DNA of 63,241 nt, filler included, from Pelomyxa schiedti (lineage: Eukaryota > Protista > Evosea): assembly GCA_020536535.1 (NCBI GenBank). It is 4 parts of 4 records of this genome, joined end to end, with 100 filler letters (N's around TTAATTAATTAA, not from the genome) between each part and the next. Parts side by side here need not be neighbours in the genome. Positions count along the whole stretch, not along the records: positions 16,122 to 42,285 come from JAHLWZ010000081.1; 3 more parts are not named here. One strand, 5' to 3'. Shown here piece after piece: positions 25,363-36,946 of this stretch. Below the pieces are notes generated by a model. The model was not told the DNA's origin. It was given only the letters and a program-made list of their open reading frames with translations, and did no database searches. Position numbers and translations under genes: made by a program. How positions within the stretch are numbered: the first letter of the stretch is position 1; every line of letters begins with the position of its first letter.

Positions 25363-25512
25363 CACCACGACGAAACCGATTCGTTTGGAACGAAAAACCA
25401 ACTGCTCCACCAGTTCTATGGTTTGAGAGCTGTAACCAGCTCCGAGCAAAGGGGAACTAACGAGAATCGGGTATTCTCCTCCTCACCACAGGAAGAATGC
25501 AAAAAAAATTGT

Positions 25513-26850
25513 TTAGTATATTATGGTGACAGTGAGAATGAGGAGGGGAGTGCCCGTGATGACGTCTTGGATGGACACTGTGATACGACAATTGAGAGGA
25601 ATATGTGTGTCCTCAGTGATGGCTCTTAAGGTTGCAAATAATCCCCAGTTGGAGACTGGTAATGCATCACCTGGAGCCTCAATCAGTGCAGATGGCCTCT
25701 CAAAGTCTGAAGTACTGAATACCTCTGTGACTGCTGTCGTTTCGTATAGATTTCTGCATTCCGCATTCTTCAGCTTCGCAGTGATGTGGGCTGGATGAAG
25801 CAGGACGACTGACACGTATTTCGAGGTAGGAAAACTGTGGAGAATTCCAGTCTTGGTGCTGTAGACATCATGGCTCTTTGCCGATCGATCCCGATCCAGT
25901 GTAACAATCGTGTCAGGTGAATCCCACACGAAATCCCCAAGAACACCCGAATGTGGGACCAAATAAAGCCTGGTAACAACTGACACGCCGGCTTCAATGC
26001 TCTTTTGCAGGTCTACAAAGTAAAGGCACACAGTTTCCTTCGCTTCTCCCATCAAAGCAATCTCATCGCCACAAGGGTCACTGAACCGAGGGAACTTGGC
26101 CCCAATTCCTTTTATCTCAAACATGCATTCCACCTTGACGCCATTGCACACTGGAAGAGTATCACCACCACTCATCAGCTTCATCACATTCCACAGCATT
26201 AGCGAATGTTCCCAAGCCATCACTACCCACTTTTTGTTGCATGCAAGTACCCTGAACGCGTTCTTGTCTACGTTACCCTCCAACCGAGCCAGAACCCTCC
26301 CGCAGCTGTCAACCAAGAAACAAACACCAATCTCATCACTCAAGCCCAAGAACCTGTCATCCCCCAAATTCCCCGCGTTTCCCTCAATCATAGCGGATTC
26401 CCCATGCAACAATAGGCTGCAGTGAGGCGATGACATCACTGGCTCAACACCGGTCCCACAAAACCTGCACCAGACCACCCCCAGTGTAACACTCACACCA
26501 AGGAACATATGAACCCTGTTGAGAGTGTCCAGGGGAGAGTGACCTGACGGCAGATATACGGTGCATCCCATAATTCTGGATGCGCCCGCGATCCAGGACC
26601 GGCCGAGCTCAGAGACGACCGAGGGTGTTCCAGCCAAAACACGCAGCGGGCTCGAGACACCACACCGCCCCACAATCGTGGCGCACGCCAGGGCAACAAA
26701 TTGTGCGCGGGAATCAACCAACAGTTCCGTTCGAACGGTTGTCTTGGCCATCACCGATCTACCGTTTTCCCTGACAACGATTCCCCGCAAGTCGAGAACC
26801 GTGCCAGTGATGTTTGCCGATGTTCGATACCTCTGCTTCTCTAACAGCAC
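25513..26850 (-). CDS. Family A (RCG-box) protein, intronless, about 445 aa
   Basis: DSRAQFVALACATIVGRCGVSSPLRVL...VSVTLGVV...CNKKWVV, followed by beta-rich sequence. Confidence 0.75.
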   Translation of the reverse strand: MLLEKQRYRTSANITGTVLDLRGIVVRENGRSVMAKTTVRTELLVDSRAQFVALACATIVGRCGVSSPLRVLAGTPSVVSELGRSWIAGASRIMGCTVYLPSGHSPLDTLNRVHMFLGVSVTLGVVWCRFCGTGVEPVMSSPHCSLLLHGESAMIEGNAGNLGDDRFLGLSDEIGVCFLVDSCGRVLARLEGNVDKNAFRVLACNKKWVVMAWEHSLMLWNVMKLMSGGDTLPVCNGVKVECMFEIKGIGAKFPRFSDPCGDEIALMGEAKETVCLYFVDLQKSIEAGVSVVTRLYLVPHSGVLGDFVWDSPDTIVTLDRDRSAKSHDVYSTKTGILHSFPTSKYVSVVLLHPAHITAKLKNAECRNLYETTAVTEVFSTSDFERPSALIEAPGDALPVSNWGLFATLRAITEDTHIPLNCRITVSIQDVITGTPLLILTVTIIY

Positions 26851-27147
26851 CTGTCACCCAAGCAATGGTTGTGTGCCCACCAGGACTGACTGAGGGACTG
26901 ACTGGGAACTCCCTTTTTTGGCATAAATGTAGCCCCTTGGCGGTTTTTTGGGTTGGTGGGAGTATTACCTGAGGCCTGTGACACTTCTGAGAGTGTCATG
27001 GTCTAGTGTTTTGAATAGAATTGAACCAGTCTTTTCATCTTACGGCAACTGCGGCAGGCAAAGAAACGCTCTTCAACAGACAAGAAGAAAAATCCAAAAA
27101 AAACCCCGAACAAACAGCAACCAAGGACCCGGAAACACGACACGGAG

Positions 27148-30100
27148 ATGCTTGGTTTGGTGTCGCAGTTACAGCAGGTCAGATGCAGCCCTCTGATGAT
27201 GGCAACCGCCAGATCCGCGTCGTCGACAACGGCGTGTTGCACGACGACATCGGCGTGCAGCGTTCTTAGGCCGCAGGACCAGTTTGAGACCCGCCACCTG
27301 GGCCCCCGTGAGGCCGACATCACTGAAATGGTGAAAACGATCAACGCTTCCTCCTCAAACTTGCCCAAGCCCCTCAAGACTCTCGACGACCTCATCGACG
27401 TTACTGTTCCCGCCCACATCAGGTACTTACGGCGTGTCGTTTGGTGGTTTTTTTCCCTTTCTTATTTTTTTTTTTCTTTTCCTGTAGGCTTCCAAAGGAT
27501 CTTGCTATTTCCTCAGCCAAGAGCGAGAGCCAAGCTCTTGCTGAACTCAAGGAGATTGCCAGCAAGAACAAGCACACCATGCACTCCTTCATTGGACAGG
27601 GATACTACAACTGCCACGTACCCACTGTTATTTTGCGCAATGTACTCGAGAACCCAGCGTGGTACACACCATACACACCATACCAGGTACGGCCAATCCC
27701 CTTTGTTATGGTGCATTAACATTAGCTTAGGCAGAGATCTCTCAAGGTCGACTTGAAGCAATGATGAACTTCCAAACAGTCATTAGTGATTTGACTGGGC
27801 TTAAAGTGCCAACATGCAGTTTGCTGGATGAAGCAACTGCCGCGGCAGAGGCTATGAACATGTCCTTCAACCTTGTCAAGAGGGGAACCAAGAACGTGTA
27901 CTTCGTTGATAAGGTTTGCTCCTTCTGTATGTTAAAACTATTTACACCCACTAGAATGTCCACCCCCAAATCATTGATGTAATTAAAACGAGAGCTGCTC
28001 CAATTGGCGTAAAAGGTTCGAGTTCCCTCCGGTGGGTTGGGTATTGATCCGTACTACAGTCATTGTTGGAGACTGGAAGGAGCTTGAAATAGGAAACGAT
28101 TTATGTGGAGCTATGGTTCAATACCCCAACACACAAGGTTAGTGGCTGTAACGGTAGTTGTAAAGCAACTAATTCCCCTTTAGGCACAGTTGAGGATTAC
28201 TCTCTATTTGCCTCCAAGTTACACAAGAAGGGAGCTGTTCTTGTTTGCGGAACAGACTTACTTGCCTTGACAGTTCTTCGTGCTCCTGCTGATTTTGGAG
28301 CTGGCATGAAATTTCTTAAAAGCTGAGTTTTTAACATTTGCTGCAGATATTGCTATAGGAAGTGCTGGACGTTTTGGCGCACCTGTGGGGTTTGGTGGTC
28401 CCCATGCTGGCTTCCTTGTTACTAAAGACGAGTTGAAACGATCAATGCCAGGACGTATCATTGGTCTGAGCAAGGATGCAATGGGTGCTGGAGCTCTCAG
28501 GATGGCCCTTCAGACAAGGGAACAGCACATCAGAAGAGAGAAGGCAACATCGAACATATGCACAGCTGCAGCCTTGCTTTGCGACATGGCTGGATTTTAT
28601 GCTGTACATTTTCGTCAGTGCAATCGAAATGCCTTAAAACAAATATAGGTGTATCACGGACCTGAAGGACTCATCAACATCGCCAAATCTGTTCATGCCA
28701 AAACAGCATTGCTCGCTGACGGGCTGAAACGCATTGGCGTTGAAGTATTGCCTGGTGTCTACTTCGACACTCTTCACATTCCACTGTCCAGCACTGTTGA
28801 AGCCAAAGCAGTTCTTGAGCGCGCCAAGTGCAAGGGGATTAACCTAAGGGACTGTGGTGACGCAATTGGTGTGTCTTTCGATGAGACAACAACCATGGAT
28901 GACGTAACTGCAATTTTGGAGTCGTTTGCTGGGGGCAAGGTAACCTATTTTGTTACACTGGCTTTGGTTTAACTCTGAATCCAAGATACCGTTCACATGG
29001 CAACAATTGGTTCAAGAGAATGGAGTTTGCACTGACGTCGCACCTCCACACAGCCGAGCAAGCAAGTTCCTTCAACAGGAAGTTTTCAATATCAATCACA
29101 GCGAACACGAGATGCTACGTTACCTCTATCGTCTGCAGTTGAAGGACGTCGGACTCACCCAACACTGCATCCCTCTGGGCTCTTGGTACCACCTTCCCTC
29201 AATTTGAGCCTATTTTTTAATCTATCTCCTTAAGCACCATGAAATTGAACTCCACCTCTGAAATGATACCAATCACTTGGCCTGAGTTCGCCAGTGTCCA
29301 TCCTTTTGCCCCAGGAGAGCAGACATCTGGATATGCTGAATTGACTGAGCAATTGGAGCACGATTTGGCTGAAATAACTGGATTTGCCAAGTGCAGTCTT
29401 CAGCCGAACTCTGGTGCTGCAGGCGAGTATGCCGGGCTTCTTACCATTCGCAATTATCTCAATGCGCAGGTTTCTTTCCCGTCTTCAAAAATGAATTTCA
29501 CCTCTTTTTCAGGGGCAACAACACCGCAACGTTTGTTTAATTCCTGTATCCGCCCACGGAACCAATCCAGCCTCTTCTGCAATGGCCGGTTTCCACATTG
29601 TTATCGTCAACTGCCTGAAGGACGGAAGCATTGGTGAGCCTGTTTCCCTTTCAACCAGTTAGTCTAACCGGACCTCAGATCTTAAGGACTTAGCAGAAAA
29701 AGCCAAGGCAAATGCGGATAATCTTGGTAAATCTTGAAGTAGGTTTTTTAAGTCTCACTAATTCCCGTAGCCTGCATGATGGTTACATATCCTTCCACTT
29801 ATGGCGTTTATGAGGAAGGAATCAAGGGTACACCAAATTGTTATTAAAATTAATTTAATATTTCGATAGAGATAATCAAGATTGTGCATGCCAATGGCGG
29901 TTTGGTTTATATGGATGGTGCCAACATGAATGCTCAAGTTGGGATCACTAGCCCAGGATCAATGGGTGCCGATGTCTGCCATCTTAACCTTCACAAGGTG
30001 TGCAACGGTCATCCAATGCGTATTCTATTTAACCATTTTAAAGACTTTCGCCATGCCTCATGGTGGAGGTGGCCCTGGCATGGGACCTATTTGTTGCACT

Positions 30101-30961
30101 GCTAAGCTCGCACCATTCCTTCCTGGTCACGGAACTGTTCACCAAGCACATCGCACTGGTGGTCCCGTCTCTGCCTCTCCTTATGGCAGTGGCAGCATCC
30201 TTCCCATCTCATGGATGTAAGTGATTTGTACCACTCCCTGAATATTTTTAACTCGAAGGTTTCTTTCCCATTTTTAACTCGGTGCAGGTACATAAAGATG
30301 CTTGGTGCCAAGGGAGTCAAGAAGGCTTCCGAGGTTGCAATTCTTAATGCCAATTACATGGCTGCTCGCCTGAAGGAGCACTACCCTGTTGTATTCACAG
30401 GACCCACCGGCATGGTTGCGCATGAGTTCATTATGGTATTTATTCGCCTACGCGTAACTTCACAATTTAACCGCAATAAAAGGACGTGAGGCAATTCAAA
30501 GCAACAGCCGGCATTGAAGCACAAGATATTGCCAAGAGACTTATGGACTTTGGTTTCCATGGCCCCACTATGAGCTTCCCCGGTAAAAATCTTGCTGAAG
30601 TGCACTCCACCTTCGCCATCTAATGCACCCCACAGTCCCCAACACTCTGATGATTGAGCCCACCGAGTCCGAATCCAAGGAGGAGCTTGACAGGCTGTGC
30701 GACGCTCTCATCGTGATACGCAAGGAGATACAGGACATAATCGACGGTGTTGCCGACAAGGAGGACAACCCGCTGCGCAACGCCCCGCACACAGCCGAGG
30801 AGGTGGCGTCATCCAAGTGGGAGCACAAGTACACGCGCGAGCAGGCAGCGTTCCCAGCCGAGTGGGTGAGGCACAACAAGTACTGGGTTCCGGTCAAGAG
30901 GATCGACAACACTTGGGGCGACATGAACCTGTGCTGTGTGCTTCCTCGTGCTGATGAATAA
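27148..30961 (+). CDS. GLDC: Glycine dehydrogenase (decarboxylating), glycine cleavage system P-protein, multi-exon
   Basis: [96 protein letters not shown]-lysine motif [27 protein letters not shown]. Confidence 0.97.
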
Positions 30962-31603
30962 ACAACTTCGTTGTTCAATTCCCTTTCCCTCCTTGCAACT
31001 GCAGGCGCCCAACTTTTTCGAAGTTTCAACCGGTTTTCCCAATTGGACAAGCAATTGCCAGTCATAAAAAAAAATATAAAAGCCCACAGATCAAAACAAG
31101 TTCATTTTTAATAAAAAAAACAGTGCCAACACATTGCGGATGCTAGTACGGCAGATCTAGCCATTGTCCGCACGCCTTTGAGGGCGCGACGCAGTCGTTC
31201 ACCTGTGCTTTACTCCACTTTGACCAATCCGCCCTCCCCCGATCGCATCGCCGCGTGAGGGGCCAAGACGGTGCGGTCACTGTGTTGCTTGGTAACAGTG
31301 GCTCGCACTGCGTGCTGTTGTGTTGGGGAATCCACACCCCTCCCGGGGGGTAAGTCACTCTAATCCGCGCGGGTCATCGACCCACGGATCACCGTTACTT
31401 TTTCCACGGGGGATCTGACGACCACGCTAGTTTTCGTATCTCGCGCCGGTTCGCGACACACCGCCACTCGGGGTGGTTGCGTTTCGCGCACAGCGCGCTG
31501 CTACGGGTACGGCGGCGGGGGGGCGTGGTGGCCCGTACCTGGTGACGTCTTACCTCTGTGCCAAGGATGTGTCGTGGGGCGGTGATGCCTCTGTTGCTTT
31601 TTT

Positions 31604-31944
31604 CAAAAGCATCATGTTGAACGTAAGGCCCTCCTCCTTGTGCGGCCCGCGTTGTGGGCGGGGTTTTTTGGCTGCGTCAGGGCTGTGCCCACTGCTGTTG
31701 GTGGTGCGCTTGTCACGTTCTTATNNNNNNNNNNNNNNNNNNNNNNNNNNNNNNNNNNNNNNNNNNNNNNNNNNNNNNNNNNNNNNNNNNNNNNNNNNNN
31801 NNNNNNNNNNNNNNNNNNNNNNNNCAAAAGCATCATGTTGAACGTAAGGCCCTCCTCCTTGTGCGGCCCGCGTTGTGGGCGGGGTTTTTTGGCTGCGTCA
31901 GGGCTGTGCCCACTGCTGTTGGTGGTGCGCTTGTCACGTTCTTA
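31604..31944. repeat. About 120-bp duplication flanking an N gap (probable assembly overlap)
   Basis: caaaagcatcatg...cacgttcttat appears on both sides of gap 31725-31824. Confidence 0.85.
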
Positions 31945-32406
31945 TGGTCGAGTCTCCTGACTGCTGGCTTTATATTTTGAACAATATCCTTTCCGGTATT
32001 ATTTTGCTATTTGGTAAACGTATATCTAATGCATTTAAAGAAGTTCAGAAGCGAGTTCGGCTTTTCTTTTGGACATTACCATTGCTTGTTATTTACTTTC
32101 GATGAAGCCATGTAATTCTTGTTACAATTGTTATTTGCACTTATGTTGAAACCGAAATGCCAGCTTATATTTACTTCCCGAGAGAACAGAAATTCAGAAA
32201 CTTGCGGTTACATCCTGAACACATTTCTGTTTGCTCCAACCACCCCTATTTCCTCACCAAGAACAAGCAGCACCTATACAAAAAACCACAAAACACTTTC
32301 CTTCAGCCTGTTACCAATAATAAGATGAAATTACAAAGAAAGAATCCTTTCAAATTGAATGTCGGAGCATAATTTTTTTTAAAAAAAAAGGTACAACTGG
32401 TTGCAT

Positions 32407-33342
32407 CTACTTTAAACCGTAATGCTCCTCAGTCGGTTCTCTAGGCATTGATGATACAACAAACGCAGAAAATAAGCAGTGGAGGTTCTTTTACAAAGAA
32501 AAGATTGGAGGGAGAAAGAGCCCAGACACCATACCTGGTTACACAAGGCAGAACACTCAAGGTAACAGCGGGCACCAACAGACATAGCATACTGTCTTCC
32601 TTCCTCAGTAGTTACAGGACCTTGGATGTGGTCATCATGGCGCAGCTCGGTGGTCTTGCGTAGATCAGTTTGAGTGCCCAGAATAATATAAGGTATTGTG
32701 GGGCAGAAATGCTGAATTTCTGGAATCCTTTGGGTTGTTTCGACTTGGGTTATAAGGAATTTCTAGGTAGTTCTACCATTTCCTTGCAACGTTTTCAAAG
32801 GAGCCAGTGTTGGCAACTGAAAAGCAAATCACAATGATGTCAGCATTGCGGTAGGAAAGGGGCCTCAAGCGGTCATACTTTTGTAAACTTAGGGTTAGAA
32901 ACATATTAAGTTTGAGGTGTTGTAGAGATACTTTTAAATCACCGGGAGTATCCCACACATTGACAGTTGTTTGATGTCCACCTATACATTCAGTAATCAC
33001 AGCATTATCCTTACGCCAATGACGATTGAAAACATTGTCTGAGGGATACCACAACAGAGGGAACAGATACAAGGAACTCCAGAGTCAGTGCAGTGCTGAT
33101 CAATGATGACTTACCTGAGCAGTGTGGACCAAACAAACGGAGTAACACAACTGAAGAAGGGAACAAACCAACTCCATCATCTCCAACCTCAATAATAAAA
33201 AAGTTGGTTTTGGTGCGCAGCGACGTAGGATGTGACGTCATCATACCAACACCACTTTGTAATGTTCTTTGCCCGGCGGTGCAACTGCGTTGCTACCACG
33301 ATGATGGTGGCCACACGAACGACTCCCAGCACTCCGAAGCAT
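32407..33342 (-). CDS. Atypical Rho-family small GTPase, multi-exon
   Basis: YKVVLV-GDDGVG-KSSLI, VPSVV-DN, NVWDTPGDLK-YDRLRPLSY, ICFSV...SFENVARKW-IPEI, ILGTQTDLR, YLECSAL. Confidence 0.85.
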
Positions 33343-33391
33343 CACCCGTTTTGAAAAAATTTCATTCTTGGAAGCCACGACAGCATCCGAT

Positions 33392-33462
33392 GGCGGAGTA
33401 AAAAAAAGCCTGAGCGACGATAACGAAAATGACAACATTCCGGTCTGTTATTTTATTCAGCC
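33392..33462. mobile_element. Degenerate inverted relative of the 89-bp MITE
   Basis: Reverse complement ggctgaataaaataacagaccggaatgttgtcattttcgttatcgtcgctcagg matches 21752-21809. The other TIR is degraded (GGCGGAGTAAAA). Confidence 0.75.
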
Positions 33463-33538
33463 ATTATTGTAATATTTTCCGAGATGTTGCTGGGGAAGCT
33501 CATGGTAGACTGATGTGGCCGAAACGTGTCACACAGGA

Positions 33539-35529
33539 TTAGAAGTGGTTTGTTGGACAGGACAATACCCACTTATACTCGTTGAACCTGGTGAAGTTTC
33601 TTAACCCTCCCACGGTGTTTGTGATAAAATAAAAAAAAAAAAATAAAAAAAAAGAGACTTACTTGGAATCCAAAACTTTCAGCATCGGGTGGGTCAGATC
33701 ATGTGTGTTGTTGCGCTGCAAAGAGTGAGTACCGGGAAGGTATAACTTGGCCACACACCTTCTGGTGGTTACTCAGGCAGGAGAATTCCCGGTTCTTCTC
33801 ACACACTTCACACAAGTCGTAGTCTTCACACACCTTGGAGTTTGTTTAGGGACATTTGATGGGAATGCAGAAGTGGTGCACACCAGGCATTTCCAGTTAA
33901 TCCCGGTACAGTTCCCTGTGCATTTTGAACCTTCTCCGTCACAACCGGCATATCTGGGATTCTTCCCAATTGATGCGGAATCATAGAGATCATTCTCGGG
34001 AATAATAACCTCCCAAAATTTGGAGTGCTCATGATCCAATGGGCCTCCTTTTCTACAAGCAGGGCATATTTTGTAGTCCCCACCTTCTAACCAGCACTGT
34101 GTACACTGTTGATCAAGTTAGACATAACGGCATTCTCATCGATGGGAAAAAACCTGATACAGAACTTCCCCAAAGGGTATATAGCAGAAACTACAATATC
34201 CGGAATGAACCACGTGGTTCGGTGCAAGAACAAGGTTTGGTTGTGTCCACCTGAATGGTGTGGAAACCTTTGCCATCAGATGGGTCCTGTTGAATCGTTT
34301 TAGACAGGGTTTGCAGGGCATTAGTGTGACAAACCTTGGGTGGTGCAACTCACAGTTTTCACACAAATACACGTCATTACAATGGAGGCACTTGAAAAAA
34401 ACATCCATTGGAAAGGCATTACAGTGGTCGCAGCCTCTAGGTAAAGGTAAGAGATTGATGAATCAAGATATTTTTACGTGTGCGAAACATCGAAAAATAT
34501 TTTCTCCCACCAAGAAGCGTCATTACGGCCAGAGGGTAAAACGATTCTGCTGTGAGAATATGCAACAACTGCCTCTAGTTTGGATGGAAGTGAAACCTCA
34601 TTTGATGAAACAGTAGTATCTTCATCTTCCGGATCCATGGTGCTTGAGCTTGACACATTCTGTGCGGATTGCTGATCTCCACTTGTTGCACTTCCGTAAA
34701 TATCTTGTGCCATTTCTGTTGCTGCAGAACCTTTCTTAAGCTCGAGCTTCTCCGCTCTTCTCTTGGCCCGATCCCTCAGCCGTTTTCTTCTTTCCTTCTC
34801 TTCCTCAACGGCCTTTAATTCCACTGCGGCTTTCTCCCTCGCCACAGCCTTCTCCTCCTCCAGTGCGGCTATCTGTTCTGGAGTCATCTCGTCGGGAACT
34901 TCGAAGTAGCCATACCTGTGCCTGCACATCTCTATCCAGAACGGCAGCGTGCCCATTAAATCGAACAGCCTCCTACACGACCTCCTCATAGACATCAAAT
35001 CAGCCGCGCCCCTGGTTCTCCTCCTTGAAATGAACTTGGGAGCCGCGGCTCGGTTCTGAAACCTGATCACTTCGCCGTAATCGTCCAAGCGAGGGCTATC
35101 CCACTGGCCCCTTCCCACCCTGGTCACCATCGACGGTGTGATCCCAGCGGGAATCTGTTCTTTCCCCAGATTCGCAACTGAGGCCTCGGCCCGCTGCTGT
35201 CGGCCCCCCATGGGGCCCCCATGCAAGTTGTCTTGGCGATCTGGGGCGGTTGGCTCGGCGTGAGCAGCAGGAGGATGAGCCATCATGTGCACGAAGCTGC
35301 TGGTTGGGCCGCTCGTGTAGTACCAGTTGTTTCCACTTCGGAATGTGGTGCGAATGGCTGCGGGGTGTCGGAAGCTTGGCGTGGTGGGGGGGAGGAGCGG
35401 CTCGTCGTCGTCCTGGCAGGGGAGGGGCGTGGTGTCACCTGCGACGTACGACGCGACCGTGACTATCACACTGTCGGGGAGGTCCACAAACGCCGCGGTA
35501 ATCGTCGTTACATCTTTGGACACGTCCAT
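33539..35529 (-). CDS. F-box-like protein with two ZZ-type zinc fingers, multi-exon
   Basis: FVDLPDSVIVTVASYV...DLMSMRRSCRRLFDL...FW. ZZ1 is CDHC...FKCLHCNDVYLCENCE..H...HLMAK. ZZ2 is GCDG..C...WKCL-CENYDLCEVCE...HD.THPMLK. Confidence 0.72.
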
Positions 35530-35690
35530 TGCCGATGATGGAGTTCGGTGAAGGGGTCTTCGTGATGCCAGATCAGTTTCTTAGAGGGTGGCCATTAAAA
35601 AACAATGATGGTCTGAGGCCAAACGAGAGATTCTTCGATTTGGATCCAATTTTTCATTGGCGGCAATAATAATTCTATTCATCTCGTCAA

Positions 35691-36846
35691 ATGAGCGGCC
35701 CAGGAGAAGCGCCTCGTCACCCACCACAATATGCCGTCGGGCTCACAGTGACATCGCCCACGCACCTTCTGTCTGCCCGTGATCAGCTGGGTGCGCTACT
35801 CACAGCGCATCACTCACGGTGCGGGGCGCGCAGCCCGGCCATGGCCCTCCCTGCCTCTGTCATCAGGTACGACATTGGAAAACAGTGGGTGACTCGCGGG
35901 GATGACAACATGCGCACTCTGCTTTGCCACCCCCACCTGCTCCCTTCTGCTCCTCCTCCTGGTGCTGTTGATGGTAGTGATGGTGGTGGTGGTGGCGGTG
36001 ACCAAGGTGTGCCCCGCATCGACTGCATTTTTCTGGTTGTGTCGCACACTCTGGGAGTTGTGCCTGCACGGCGGGGGCTCGGGGGGGGCCGCATACTCAC
36101 TGATTCCTTGGGTGTTGGGTGGGTAGACTGTTGGAGGGTTGTAAAGCTTGTGGGGGACAGCGACGTAGGTGCTGAAGGCGCGAGGATGAGGACCGCAGAG
36201 GAGAGTGTGCAGTGTTTCACTGTGGGGAGAGACGTAAGCTGGGTGTCGTGCAGACAAACGAGGTGGTATCTGTGCTCTGGAAGGAACGTTGCGCACATAT
36301 TTCTGGAACCAGTCAGACAAAGTGAGGAGCTCAAGGGTGTGAAGGTGAGTGTAGACGGAACAGATTTCGAGACCGTGCAATGGGTGGAGATGTTTGGCGA
36401 TGACGAGGCTGCTGTTCTGGCGGTAACGAGAGAAGGACTGAGGGATCTGTTGTGCGTTGATTTAAACAAGACATATCAATCAGGGCGTCTTGCTGTGAAT
36501 GAAGTGAGAAGAGGAGTTGGCAACTTGATCAAGATGGTTCTGCACTCTTCAACGAACAGGCTGATTGTGGTTGAGGATACAATTACCAACAATCACAATG
36601 TGTACCAAATCTTGTCCCTTCACTCCAACAATCATCCCCAAGTGTTGCACAGCTGGCCTTCTTCGGGTGTATCTTGCCACAAGTTTGACTCCACCCACTT
36701 CGGCCTATGGGATTCTTGTTTGGGCACACTTGAGGTGTTCTCCACTGAGGACTTTGATTGCCCTGTTCGTGTTTTCCCCCTGCCACACCACAATGTTGGA
36801 TGTGTTGGGACGACCATTGACAACGGTTTGCTTGTGCTCCAGGAAA
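35691..36846 (+). CDS. Family A (RCG-box) protein, intronless, 3' end lost in gap
   Basis: LSARDQLGALLTAHHSRCGARSPAMAL...VSHTLGVV. Confidence 0.75.
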
Positions 36847-36946
36847 NNNNNNNNNNNNNNNNNNNNNNNNNNNNNNNNNNNNNNNNNNNNNNNNNNNNNN
36901 NNNNNNNNNNNNNNNNNNNNNNNNNNNNNNNNNNNNNNNNNNNNNN

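Noticed and set aside
31496-31543. SRP helix-8-like CAGG...AGCAG on the minus strand
   Set aside because: The loop is about 24 nt rather than a GNRA tetraloop, and the G-U pattern favours the plus strand
31604-31944. Tandem duplication of about 120 bp
   Set aside because: The copies flank a 100-N gap and look identical; most likely an unmerged contig overlap
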